Both the position numbers and the translations under genes were made by a program. Shown here piece by piece: positions 26,163 through 35,235 of a DNA stretch of 64,000 nucleotides. Under the pieces are notes generated by a model that saw only the letters and a list, made by a program, of their open reading frames with translations, was not told the origin of the DNA and ran no database searches. This DNA comes from an uncultured Desulfobacterales bacterium (GTDB lineage: Bacteria > Desulfobacterota > Desulfobacteria > Desulfobacterales > B30-G6): NCBI GenBank assembly GCA_964633115.1, contig CAZWEO010000003.1, forward strand, positions 46,137 through 110,136. Direction: 5' to 3'. The first letter of the stretch is position 1. Every line of letters begins with the position of its first letter.

Positions 26163-26945
26163 ATGTTAAGAGGATTATGGTCAGCAGCATCAGGCATGGG
26201 CGCTCAAAAGATGACCATCGATGTCATCGCCAACAATCTAGCCAATGTTAACACGGCCGGCTTTAAAAAGAGCCGTACCGATTTTCAGGATTTGATGTAT
26301 CAGACAACCAGCCAGGCCGGTGCGGAAACTGCTTCGGGTGACCAAGTTCCCACCGGTATTCAAATCGGTATGGGAACCATGCCCATTGGTGTCCAGAAGA
26401 TGTTCATGCAAGGTGATTTCAAGGGCACTCAGAATCAGCTGGATCTTGCCATTGAGGGTAATGGATTTTTCAAGGTCCTTAGTAATGATGAAGAAGTTTA
26501 CACCCGCGCCGGTAATTTTAAGCTGGATTCCGATGGCAATATCTGCACGCCCAATGGCGAGAAGCTTCAACCGGCTCTATCGCTTCCAACCGACGCCGTT
26601 ACCATTAGCATCGATAAGACTGGTTCCGTGACTTCGTTTGACCACACAGGCCAGGGAAATAATGTCGGCAATATTGAAATCTATGCATTTTCGAATCCAG
26701 CCGGTTTGTATAGCATGGGACATAACCTATATAAACCCACGGATGCTTCGGGAGAGGCGGTTGCCGGAGCACCCGGCTCCAATGGCATGGGCACCATCGC
26801 CCAGGGTTACCTGGAAATGTCCAATGTCGATGTGGTGGAAGAAATGGTTTCCATGATTATGGCCCAGCGGGCATATGAAATAACTAGCAAAGCCATTCAA
26901 ACGGCTGACAACATGCTGCAAATTGCCAATAATATTAAAAGGTAG
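26163..26945 (+). CDS. flgG: Flagellar distal rod protein FlgG
   Basis: MLRGLWSAASGMGAQKMTIDVIANNLANVNTAGFKK and LEMSNVDVVEEMVSMIMAQRAYEITSKAIQTADNML. Confidence 0.95.
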   Translation: MLRGLWSAASGMGAQKMTIDVIANNLANVNTAGFKKSRTDFQDLMYQTTSQAGAETASGDQVPTGIQIGMGTMPIGVQKMFMQGDFKGTQNQLDLAIEGNGFFKVLSNDEEVYTRAGNFKLDSDGNICTPNGEKLQPALSLPTDAVTISIDKTGSVTSFDHTGQGNNVGNIEIYAFSNPAGLYSMGHNLYKPTDASGEAVAGAPGSNGMGTIAQGYLEMSNVDVVEEMVSMIMAQRAYEITSKAIQTADNMLQIANNIKR

Positions 26946-26949
26946 CGTC

Positions 26950-27729
26950 ATGCGATTGCTTGGATATGTATTCCTAATAACGACGTTTTTTTGTTCAGGA
27001 CTTCCAATTGTCCAGGCAGTCGCCGGCCAAGACATGGCAGCCTTGGATTCTGGCCGACAGCCATTATCGGTTCAAAATCAGGCGTCCGAACAAATTATTC
27101 CGGACTCAAAATATCGCGCATTATTAATGGCCTACATTTGTGACAGCATGGGCAAAAGCACGGCCGATATTGCGGTTTTGCGCTTGAAAATAATGGGCAA
27201 TCGGCGGATTGCCGCTGGAGATGTAGACTTTCAGATTTTTCAAAAAAGTAAAGGTGTTCCCAAGGGCTACGTGCGCGTGACTGTCATTGTAAGTGTGGAT
27301 GCCATGGATGCCATGGAAGTAAACCTAGCGGCATGGGTCGATGTCTTCGGTTCGGTGGTCTGCGCCGTTCGCAAGTTGAATAAAGGCGAGACCGTGGGCA
27401 TAGCGGACGTATACCTGGCACGCAAAAACATGGCACGTATGCCAGCCAATGTCATCACGGACAAATCCAAGGCGATTGGCCTGACTGTCAAAAATTCCCT
27501 CAATGCCAATACCAGCCTCAGGGAATATATGCTGATCCGCAAACCGACTGTGGAGCGGGGCGAATTGGTTACCATTCTGGCCCAGCTGGGTGGTCTAAAA
27601 GTGACGACACCTGGTAAGACCTTAGAGCGCGGTTTCGAAGGTGATCTGATTCGGGTTCAAAACACCATGACAAAAAAAAAGATTTATGCACGCATCGTTA
27701 ACGCTTCAACGGTAGAAGTCGATTTTTAA
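26950..27729 (+). CDS. flgA: Flagellar P-ring assembly chaperone FlgA
   Basis: Signal peptide, SAF-type C-terminus GDLIRVQNTMTKKKIYARIVNASTVEV; ATG 26950 just after flgG stop. Confidence 0.85.
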   Translation: MRLLGYVFLITTFFCSGLPIVQAVAGQDMAALDSGRQPLSVQNQASEQIIPDSKYRALLMAYICDSMGKSTADIAVLRLKIMGNRRIAAGDVDFQIFQKSKGVPKGYVRVTVIVSVDAMDAMEVNLAAWVDVFGSVVCAVRKLNKGETVGIADVYLARKNMARMPANVITDKSKAIGLTVKNSLNANTSLREYMLIRKPTVERGELVTILAQLGGLKVTTPGKTLERGFEGDLIRVQNTMTKKKIYARIVNASTVEVDF

Positions 27730-27738
27730 GGACATACC

Positions 27739-28467
27739 ATGCAAAAACGAATTACCTTTATCATCATCATGCTGACCATCGCCAGCCAAATGGTGGTTGT
27801 CGGTTGTAGCACAACAACCAAGAACAGTCCCATGGTTAAAAAAATTCAAAATGAACCCATTGTGACGCCACCACTATACACCAGTCCAGTCGTTGCGGAA
27901 GGCTCGCTTTGGTCGGATGTCGAGGGTGTGCGGCTCTATACCGATCGCCGGGCCACAAGAATTGGTGACATAGTCAAGGTCAGCATCGTGGAGGATCCGG
28001 AAGCCAATGTGAACGCCAATACGAAAACGAGTCGCAACTCGGGCGTCAACGCCTCCCAGCTAGAGATACTCGGTTGGATGACCCAACTGGGACGCATGTA
28101 TCCTGATATCGCTCAAGATGCCGGTACTGACAATCTAATCACGGCCAATTTGGGAATGAGTTTCGACGGCAAGGGTTCCAGTGACCGCGATGGTCATATC
28201 AAGGCCTATGTGCCGGCCGAAGTAAAACAGATCTTTCCCAATGGTAATTTGTTTATCAGCGGTCAAAGGGAAATTAAGATCAATCTGGAAACCCAGTATG
28301 TCAGTGTTTCCGGAGTCATTCGACCGGAAGATATCAATCAATACAATGAAATCGTTTCTTCATCGATAGCTTCCGCCAAAATAGCTTATTCAGGTTCCGG
28401 CCCCATCGCCGATAAGCAGAGACCGGGATGGTTTACGCGGGTGCTTGATTATGTTTGGCCGTTTTAA
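27739..28467 (+). CDS. flgH: Flagellar L-ring lipoprotein FlgH
   Basis: Lipobox VVVGCS; GSLWSD..LYTDRRATRIGDIVKVSI and GNLFISGQREIKINLETQYVSVSGVIRPEDI. Confidence 0.95.
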   Translation: MQKRITFIIIMLTIASQMVVVGCSTTTKNSPMVKKIQNEPIVTPPLYTSPVVAEGSLWSDVEGVRLYTDRRATRIGDIVKVSIVEDPEANVNANTKTSRNSGVNASQLEILGWMTQLGRMYPDIAQDAGTDNLITANLGMSFDGKGSSDRDGHIKAYVPAEVKQIFPNGNLFISGQREIKINLETQYVSVSGVIRPEDINQYNEIVSSSIASAKIAYSGSGPIADKQRPGWFTRVLDYVWPF

Positions 28468-28480
28468 AGCAATAAGGATT

Positions 28481-29659
28481 ATGAATATGTCTGGCCGATT
28501 TATATTTGCATTGGTTATCATAGTAGGGTTGAGTTTGGCTTTGGCACCAGCCGCTGGGGCTGCCCGTATCAAGGATATTGCCTCAATTCAGGGCATTCGT
28601 TCCAACCAATTGTTTGGCTATGGTCTGGTGAGCGGGTTGAATGGCACCGGCGATAAGGGCGGCACTGGATTTACCATACAAGGTCTGGCCAATATGCTCG
28701 AGAAAATGGGCGTGCATGTCAATGCAGCTGATATCAAGGTGAATAATGTCGCCGCAGTTATGCTGAGTGCATCCCTACCGCCCTTTGCCCGTATCGGTCA
28801 GAGAATTGATGTGACCCTTTCATCCATTGGCGATGCCAAAAGTTTACAAGGCGGCACCTTGCTTATGGCACCCTTGACCGGTGTGGATGGCAAAATTTAC
28901 GCCCTGGCTCAAGGAGCCATTGCGGTGGGCGGATATAGCTCCGGCGGCGGTGCCGGTGGGGGTGTAACCAAAAATCATCCAACTGTGGCCCGAATTAGTG
29001 GCGGTGCCAGCGTCGAACGGGAAATACCACTGACGCTGGATCCTAAAAAAGAAATGACGATTATATTGACCAATCCTGATTTTAATACCGCCACACGGGT
29101 TACCCGAGCAATTGCGGCCCAATTCGGCGAGGGTTTTGTCACCCCCATTGATTCGGGGACATTGAAGCTGAAAGTGCCCGAATCGTATAAAGACCGTATC
29201 GTGGGCATGATTGCCACCATCGGCAACTTGGAGGTTATGCCTGACTCGGTTGCTAAGGTCATTGTCAACGAGAAGACCGGCACCGTGGTGATTGGAGAAA
29301 ATGTACGTATATCCAAGGTAGCGGTGGCACATGGCAATCTTAGTATCGAGATCAAAGAGACTCGCAACGTAAGCCAACCAGCACCCTTTGGCACCACGCA
29401 ACGAGGTCCAGGTGCCCAAGCGCCCACAGCTTTGGATGGGGTAGTCGTAGCTTCCGGAGGGGCGACGGTGGTTACTCCCGAAACCGATGTGGATGTGGCC
29501 GAAGAGGATAATCAGCTGATGCTCATCCCACACGCCAAAACTGTAGGCGATTTGGTACGAGCTTTGAATGCCATAGGGGTGACACCCCGGGACTTGATTA
29601 CAATTTTACAATCCATGAAAGCGGCCGGGGCACTACATGCCCAGCTAGAAATTATTTAA
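28481..29659 (+). CDS. flgI: Flagellar P-ring protein FlgI
   Basis: Signal peptide then ARIKDIASIQGIRSNQLFGYGLVSGLNGTGD; C-terminal LVRALNAIGVTPRDLITILQSMKAAGALHAQLEII. Confidence 0.95.
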   Translation: MNMSGRFIFALVIIVGLSLALAPAAGAARIKDIASIQGIRSNQLFGYGLVSGLNGTGDKGGTGFTIQGLANMLEKMGVHVNAADIKVNNVAAVMLSASLPPFARIGQRIDVTLSSIGDAKSLQGGTLLMAPLTGVDGKIYALAQGAIAVGGYSSGGGAGGGVTKNHPTVARISGGASVEREIPLTLDPKKEMTIILTNPDFNTATRVTRAIAAQFGEGFVTPIDSGTLKLKVPESYKDRIVGMIATIGNLEVMPDSVAKVIVNEKTGTVVIGENVRISKVAVAHGNLSIEIKETRNVSQPAPFGTTQRGPGAQAPTALDGVVVASGGATVVTPETDVDVAEEDNQLMLIPHAKTVGDLVRALNAIGVTPRDLITILQSMKAAGALHAQLEII

Positions 29660-29668
29660 GAGGAAATC

Positions 29669-29956
29669 ATGCTAGAAGGAATTTCACCCGATACTTTGTC
29701 TTCGAATTTAACCGCGGATAAGCAGCCTCAAAAATTAAAACAGGCTTGCGCGGAATTTGAATCCCTGTTTCTGAATTATCTGTTAAAATCCATGCGCGCC
29801 AGTGTACCCGAGGGTGGCTTAATCGATCAGAGTGAAGAGAGTAAGATGTTTAAAGCCATGCTGGATGAAAAACTGGCCGACGAGATTTCTGCCAGCGGTG
29901 GATTAGGTCTGGGACAGGTATTGTATCAACAACTCAAGGATCAAAATAGTTCTTAA
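29669..29956 (+). CDS. flgJ: Rod-binding protein (FlgJ N-terminal-domain only, no muramidase)
   Basis: 95 aa; LKQACAEFESLFLNYLLKSMRAS...MFKAMLDEKLADEIS. Confidence 0.8.
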   Translation: MLEGISPDTLSSNLTADKQPQKLKQACAEFESLFLNYLLKSMRASVPEGGLIDQSEESKMFKAMLDEKLADEISASGGLGLGQVLYQQLKDQNSS

Positions 29957-29980
29957 GATAATTGTCTTAACCGTCGATAA
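29954..29980 (+). promoter_or_regulatory. Sigma-28 (FliA)-type promoter for flgN-flgK-flgL-csrA-fliW
   Basis: TAAG-N15-GTCGATAA versus consensus TAAA-N15-GCCGATAA; -35 overlaps flgJ stop codon; 21 nt before flgN ATG. Confidence 0.6.
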
Positions 29981-30000
29981 CTAGCGAGAGGAGTACCGGC

Positions 30001-30489
30001 ATGTCCGCAAGCATCGATCAGCAAGCCCTGGAAACGCTTTATCAAAATAAGATCATGCTCTACTATGATCTACGCGACTGTCTGAGAAATGAGCAGGCCT
30101 ATTTAATCCAGCTGGATTTAAATCGCCTGTGGGAAGTTTCGCGACAGAAAGAATCGTTGTGTACAAAAATATCCGCCCTAGGCACAGAAGCCATGGCGGT
30201 CTTACAGCGCAACGCAGACGAGCCATTCCCCAGGTTAGGCGACCTAATAGCGTTGCTATCGAGTGAGGCTAAAACCGTTTTTCAAGGGCTCTATTATCGT
30301 CTTGCCGAACTACGCAGTGAGGTGGAAGCCCTACGCAAAGAAAATATGCACTATGTGAATGACTCACTGCAGTTTATCGATGAAATTATCGCGATCATTT
30401 CAGGCGCCGCAGGGCATAGGAATACTTACGACCGCAGGTGTCAGTTAAAAAGAGGGGCCAACCCCCTGTTACTTCAAAGGGAGGTTTAA
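30001..30489 (+). CDS. flgN: FlgN-family export chaperone (putative)
   Basis: 162 aa helical, LYQNKIMLYYDLRDCLRNEQAYLIQLDLNRLWEVSRQKESL; located immediately 5' of flgK-flgL. Confidence 0.6.
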   Translation: MSASIDQQALETLYQNKIMLYYDLRDCLRNEQAYLIQLDLNRLWEVSRQKESLCTKISALGTEAMAVLQRNADEPFPRLGDLIALLSSEAKTVFQGLYYRLAELRSEVEALRKENMHYVNDSLQFIDEIIAIISGAAGHRNTYDRRCQLKRGANPLLLQREV

Positions 30490-30491
30490 GC

Positions 30492-32246
30492 ATGTCCGGC
30501 ATTGGTGTGGTATGGGATATTGCCAAAGACGCGCTGTCATCCTCGCGGTTTGGGATCGATGTGGCCGGTCACAATATCGCCAATGTGAATACGGCCGGCT
30601 ATTCTAGGCAGAGCACGGTTCAGGAAGCCAAACACCCCATGTTTTTCAATGGCTTGCAATTGGGACGCGGTGTCACCACCAGTCAAGTGGTTCGGGAAAC
30701 CGATCAGTTTATCGAGAATCGCCTTATGCAGCAGGGTTCCAATCTGGCATATTCCACAGAAATGGAAAACTATATCAAAGTATTAGAAGGGGTTTTTAAT
30801 GAAAACTCCGATGCCAGTGTGAGCTCGTTGCTCAACCAATACTGGAGCTTGTGGCATGATATCTCCAACAATCCTTTAGGTGCTTCCGAGCGCATCGCCC
30901 TATATGAATTCAGTACCTTGATATCGGAGCGATTTCAGTATCTGGATGGTGAGATGAGACAATTAAAAACGGATCTTTCGAATGTGCTGGGTCCGGCCCT
31001 CAACCGCATCAACCAGATTACAAATGAGATTGCCAACTTGAATAATGAAATCGTCGGAATGGAGACGAGCAACGTTGCCAATGACCTACGCGACAAACGT
31101 AATACACTTGTATCTGAACTCTCACAATATATTGATACCAATTCGTTTGAGCAGGACAATGGCTCATTAACCATTGTTTCCGCCCGGGGTTGTGTTCTGG
31201 TGCACAGCAATACCAATTATAGCATATCCCTGGGGGGCACTAATGGTGACCGGGTGGAATGGTTGAGTTCGGCTGGATCAAAGGTTGACATGACCGATTA
31301 CATCTCCAATGGTAAGTTGGGAGGATGGTTGGACATGCGCGATGAAGTTCTGGCAAAATATAACCTGGACTTAGATTCAATGACCCGGGAGTTTATCTGG
31401 GCGACCAACCAGCAACACAGTCAGGGGGTCGGCTTGGAGGCCTTAAGCAACTTAACAGGTAGTTATGCGGCTGTATCCGCAACCGATGCCATTGGCACGG
31501 CTGCTTCCGGGCTGAGTTTTGCCGACAAGATACAAGACGGTAGTTTTCAATTCTGGGTATATGATAGCAATGGCGATGTGGTAACACCGGGTGGTGACAC
31601 CATCACCATCGATGCAGACACAACCACGCTCAATGATGTGGCTACTCTGATTGGTGCCACCGACGCTAACATTACTAGTTCGATCGTGGATGGTCAATTA
31701 GAAATCAGCGCCGCCAACGGGTATACTTTTGCCTTTGCGGGAGATAGTAGCAATGCCATGGCAGCCTTGGGCGTTAATACATTTTTTGAAGGCAGCACCG
31801 CCGGTAGTATGAATGTTTGCGATGCTATTCGTACCAATTTTAACCTGATAGCCGCAGGTCGAATTGATGCTAACGGCGTCTTTGCCACAGGTGATAACTC
31901 CAATGCAGTGGCTATCACCGATCTGCAATTTTCTGCTATGGATATTCCCAACTGGAGCTGCGACCGAATCGACGGCAATACGCCAGGCAGTATTACCGCT
32001 AGTGTCGAGGGTTATTATCATGCCCTAGTTGGCTCTTTGGGAACGATTTCTGAAAGTCTGTCCAGGGAGCGTTCTTTTGATGAGGTTTCAGCCAGCAAAA
32101 TAGGCGAGATCCGGGACAGCCTTTCAGGTGTTTCTTTGGATGAAGAAATGACCAATTTAATGAAGTTTCAGCATGCCTATACCGCTGCCGCAAAACTGAT
32201 TAGCACGGCTGACGAAATGTTGGCCACCTTGCTAGAATTGAAATAA
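30492..32246 (+). CDS. flgK: Hook-filament junction protein FlgK (HAP1)
   Basis: HNIANVNTAGYSRQ N-motif, C-terminal GVSLDEEMTNLMKFQHAYTAAAKLISTADEML; ATG 30492 after gggagg RBS. Confidence 0.95.
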   Translation: MSGIGVVWDIAKDALSSSRFGIDVAGHNIANVNTAGYSRQSTVQEAKHPMFFNGLQLGRGVTTSQVVRETDQFIENRLMQQGSNLAYSTEMENYIKVLEGVFNENSDASVSSLLNQYWSLWHDISNNPLGASERIALYEFSTLISERFQYLDGEMRQLKTDLSNVLGPALNRINQITNEIANLNNEIVGMETSNVANDLRDKRNTLVSELSQYIDTNSFEQDNGSLTIVSARGCVLVHSNTNYSISLGGTNGDRVEWLSSAGSKVDMTDYISNGKLGGWLDMRDEVLAKYNLDLDSMTREFIWATNQQHSQGVGLEALSNLTGSYAAVSATDAIGTAASGLSFADKIQDGSFQFWVYDSNGDVVTPGGDTITIDADTTTLNDVATLIGATDANITSSIVDGQLEISAANGYTFAFAGDSSNAMAALGVNTFFEGSTAGSMNVCDAIRTNFNLIAAGRIDANGVFATGDNSNAVAITDLQFSAMDIPNWSCDRIDGNTPGSITASVEGYYHALVGSLGTISESLSRERSFDEVSASKIGEIRDSLSGVSLDEEMTNLMKFQHAYTAAAKLISTADEMLATLLELK

Positions 32247-32267
32247 ATAAAGAGGAGTTTTGATGCC

Positions 32268-33134
32268 ATGCGCGTAGCCACAAAAACCATGTATGATCTG
32301 ATTAAATTTAATCTCGCGCATATCACCGACGACCTTAATAAAGCTAACACGGTCGTTGCATCCGGGAAACGTATCAATAATTTGAGTGATGATCCAGTGG
32401 GTCTGACCAATGCTTTGCAGATCAAATCAAACATTGCCAATATCAACCAGATGAACCGCAATATCAATATGGGCAAATCCTGGTTGCTTTCCTCCGAAGG
32501 CGCTTTGACCAATGTGCAAAATATGCTCAGCGACACCCGGTCCTTGTGTGTGGAGATGGCAACGGCTACCAAATCGTCGTCAGATCGAGAAGCGGCTGCT
32601 TTGACCGTTCAGAATACCAAAGATGAAATCATTGCTCTGGCCAATACGCAAGTAAGTGGCCGGTATATTTTTGCCGGGACCAACACGGAGGTGCTTCCGT
32701 TTGAGGCGGATGGTACTTATAATGGTAATAGCAGCCCCTTTGCCATCAAAACCGCCAATGATTCGGTGATGCAAGTCGGGGCTGATGGGGAGGCAATATT
32801 TAGCGATATCCTGACGTCTTTGGATGATCTGATAACGCACTTGCAAGGTAATGATGTCGACGGAATAGGTGCCAGCATTACCACTATGCAAGGCCATTTT
32901 AGTGACATATCCGCTAATATATCTGCAATCGGATCAAAAGTGAATCGCATGGAAATTAAAGAAAATATTCTACAGGAATTGACAATTTCCAATACCGAAC
33001 AGCTTTCCCAGATTGAAGATGCTGATATTGCCGATGCCGTGATGAATTTGAAATCAGTACAAGTTGCCTATCAGGCGGCGCTGGCATCGTCGTCGTCGAT
33101 CATGGAATTAAGTCTGATGGATTACTTGAAATAA
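32268..33134 (+). CDS. flgL: Hook-filament junction protein FlgL (HAP3)
   Basis: 288 aa flagellin-like N/C helices, ADIADAVMNLKSVQVAYQAALASSSSIMELSLMDYL; follows flgK. Confidence 0.9.
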   Translation: MRVATKTMYDLIKFNLAHITDDLNKANTVVASGKRINNLSDDPVGLTNALQIKSNIANINQMNRNINMGKSWLLSSEGALTNVQNMLSDTRSLCVEMATATKSSSDREAAALTVQNTKDEIIALANTQVSGRYIFAGTNTEVLPFEADGTYNGNSSPFAIKTANDSVMQVGADGEAIFSDILTSLDDLITHLQGNDVDGIGASITTMQGHFSDISANISAIGSKVNRMEIKENILQELTISNTEQLSQIEDADIADAVMNLKSVQVAYQAALASSSSIMELSLMDYLK

Positions 33135-33175
33135 GGAGCAACCAGTCCCGGGATCACTTAACCCGGTTATCTACT

Positions 33176-33427
33176 ATGTTAATATTCACGCGCAAACTGG
33201 GGGAGAAAATTACCATCGGTGATCACACCGTGGTCACCTTGATAGAAATAAAAGACAACCAGGTGCGACTGGGAATCGAGGCGCCCCGGCATATTAGTGT
33301 CCATCGCCAAGAAGTGTATGAACGCATCCGTAAAGCAAATCTGGCATCCTCGGAGGTAGCCGCTACTGATATAATGAAAGCGAGCTCAATTTTGAAGGAC
33401 AGTCAGCCGGATAAGGAGTTATCTTGA
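33176..33427 (+). CDS. csrA: Carbon storage regulator CsrA
   Basis: MLIFTRKLGEKITIGDHTVVTLIEIKDNQVRLGIEAPRHISVHRQEVYERI. Confidence 0.95.
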   Translation: MLIFTRKLGEKITIGDHTVVTLIEIKDNQVRLGIEAPRHISVHRQEVYERIRKANLASSEVAATDIMKASSILKDSQPDKELS

Positions 33428-33870
33428 AGATAGAAACAACCCGATTCGGTCAAATTAGCATTCAAACCGAAAAAATTATCCGTATGCCTCATGGCGTGCC
33501 AGGATTTCCAGATCAACGCCAGTTCGTGATTTTCGAGCATCGCCCCGATTCACCCTTTTACTGGTATCAGTCAGTTGACGAACCGGCTTTGGCTTTTGTA
33601 ATTACTGACCCCTTCCTATTCAAACCTGATTACAGTGTCAACATTCCCAAAGTTCTCAAGGAGCTGGCATGGGATCCAGATACCCAACTGGACCACCTGC
33701 AGCTGTATGTGATCGTAAATATACCCCAAGGAAAACCTGAAAATATGACCGCCAACATGATGGGTCCGATTTTGGTGAATCAGCTTACACGCGAAGCTGT
33801 TCAAGTTGTATTGACGGACGGCAAATATTCATACAGAGCCCCCTTAATGGCAGCGGAGCCATCCAATTAG
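33424..33870 (+). CDS. fliW: Flagellar assembly factor FliW
   Basis: 148 aa; RMPHGVPGFPDQRQFVIF..PFYWYQSVDEPALAFVITDPF; TTG start overlapping csrA stop. Confidence 0.9.
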   Translation: MKIETTRFGQISIQTEKIIRMPHGVPGFPDQRQFVIFEHRPDSPFYWYQSVDEPALAFVITDPFLFKPDYSVNIPKVLKELAWDPDTQLDHLQLYVIVNIPQGKPENMTANMMGPILVNQLTREAVQVVLTDGKYSYRAPLMAAEPSN

Positions 33871-33882
33871 CCTCTTCAAATT

Positions 33883-33900
33883 TTGTCAAGATATTGACAA
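33883..33900. promoter_or_regulatory. TTGTCAAGATATTGACAA dyad (7-4-7), sibling of palindrome at 9743
   Basis: Shares TGTCAAGAT.TTGACA with 9743..9760; lies between fliW stop and its terminator; half-site cgtcaagattg at about 34004. Confidence 0.4.
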
Positions 33901-33925
33901 GTAAACCTGCCGGTTTCATCTTTCA

Positions 33926-33950
33926 GGCCAATTTTGGATTGGCCCTTTTT
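33926..33950 (+). terminator. Rho-independent terminator of the fliW operon
   Basis: ggccaat-tttgg-attggcc stem-loop followed by cttttt. Confidence 0.7.
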
Positions 33951-34228
33951 GAGCTGAAAAAACAGCAACCTGCAAGCTATTCTATTTCAATCCTTAGATA
34001 AATCGTCAAGATTGCCCAATCCTTAGGGCTTATAAGCGTTTAAACGTTTGGCTGAATTGTGAGATTGGTTAATATTTATTTATAATTAAATCAACATGTT
34101 GTAATGGTGATTCAAGGCTAAGGTGTTAGGGCGGTGAGGCCTCTAAAGGCCTGACTACCCGATACCGTATAATATTCGGTGGACCCTCAAATCCAATAAT
34201 TGCGCCTTTAGCCAGGTAATATTTTCTC

Positions 34229-34244
34229 TGGCATGATTCCTGCT
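34229..34244 (+). promoter_or_regulatory. Sigma-54 (-24/-12) promoter upstream of SPOR gene
   Basis: TGGCAT-gattc-CTGCT, canonical spacing; 15/16 identical to the minus-strand promoter at 49374..49389. Confidence 0.65.
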
Positions 34245-34325
34245 TTAGATTGATGGGAGGAATAATTTTGTATTTAGGCGGCCCAAGTTCCGGGTCTTGG
34301 GTTTGCCGACTGAGCTTCAAAACGT

Positions 34326-35168
34326 ATGGATATGGATCAAATGCGAACGACGCACCTGACTAAAATTATTATGCTGGTGGTATTGGGCCTAACTACGTTA
34401 GCGCATCAGGGATATACATCCACGGGCCCAGACTATTTTTTTACGATCCAAATGGCCTCTTTTAAGCAGGAACAGTCCGCCGTGGATGCGGTTGATAAAC
34501 TGAAACAAAGAAATTGGGAAGTTTTTTATCGCCCAACGCAAATCGCAGAAAAGGGGACCTGGTACCGACTCTACATCAACCGATATGCCACGATCCAATC
34601 AGCCCAGGCCGGCATAAACAAGTTGCGGGAAAAGGGAATCATTACCGATGCATACGTCAGGCGCCTTGAAGGTACGACCAGGGAACATCCCCAATTTAAC
34701 CTGCAGAAGCCGCAGCCACTTGCTAAAGCCCAGGCGCAACTGTCGGCCACGCCACCAGTGGAATCCAACAAGCTACACTTATCTGAAACCATGACAAGTC
34801 CTGAGGTTATGGCTGCACACAACCAGCGCGATCCCCTTAGGATTCGAGATATCTTTGTGCGACTCAATGATAAAAAAGGAGATACCGCATTTATCCAGGC
34901 GGACAGATATTTCTGGCCAGTAACTCACCTGAGCCATGATGGTGGTAAAACAAGGCTGCAAGTTCAGATTCGGAATACCGGGCCATTTCATAAAGATATT
35001 TCCCCACAAGCCAGCGGCGGTAGATATATTCAAAACGGCCAAGTTGGCTATGATTCTGATCGAGATACTTTGGTGTTGAGTTTAGACCTACCGAGTCCGG
35101 CCAAATACCGGGTAACCCAGTTATATAATCAGGCGGAAAATATTTTCAGCCTCCTCGTTAGCGAATAG
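34326..35168 (+). CDS. SPOR-domain protein with AMIN-like C-terminal domain
   Basis: Signal/TM N-terminus; SPOR-like FFTIQMASFKQEQSAVDAVDKLKQRNWEVFYRPTQIAEKGTWYRLYINRY; C-terminal beta-rich LRIRDIFVRLNDKKGDTAFIQADRYF...DTLVLSLDL. Confidence 0.7.
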   Translation: MDMDQMRTTHLTKIIMLVVLGLTTLAHQGYTSTGPDYFFTIQMASFKQEQSAVDAVDKLKQRNWEVFYRPTQIAEKGTWYRLYINRYATIQSAQAGINKLREKGIITDAYVRRLEGTTREHPQFNLQKPQPLAKAQAQLSATPPVESNKLHLSETMTSPEVMAAHNQRDPLRIRDIFVRLNDKKGDTAFIQADRYFWPVTHLSHDGGKTRLQVQIRNTGPFHKDISPQASGGRYIQNGQVGYDSDRDTLVLSLDLPSPAKYRVTQLYNQAENIFSLLVSE

Positions 35169-35235
35169 ATATGTGCTGCAAATATCCGTGGTCAGTGAAC
35201 CACGACCCGGCAGAAGCGGCAAGGAGTTAAGGTGA

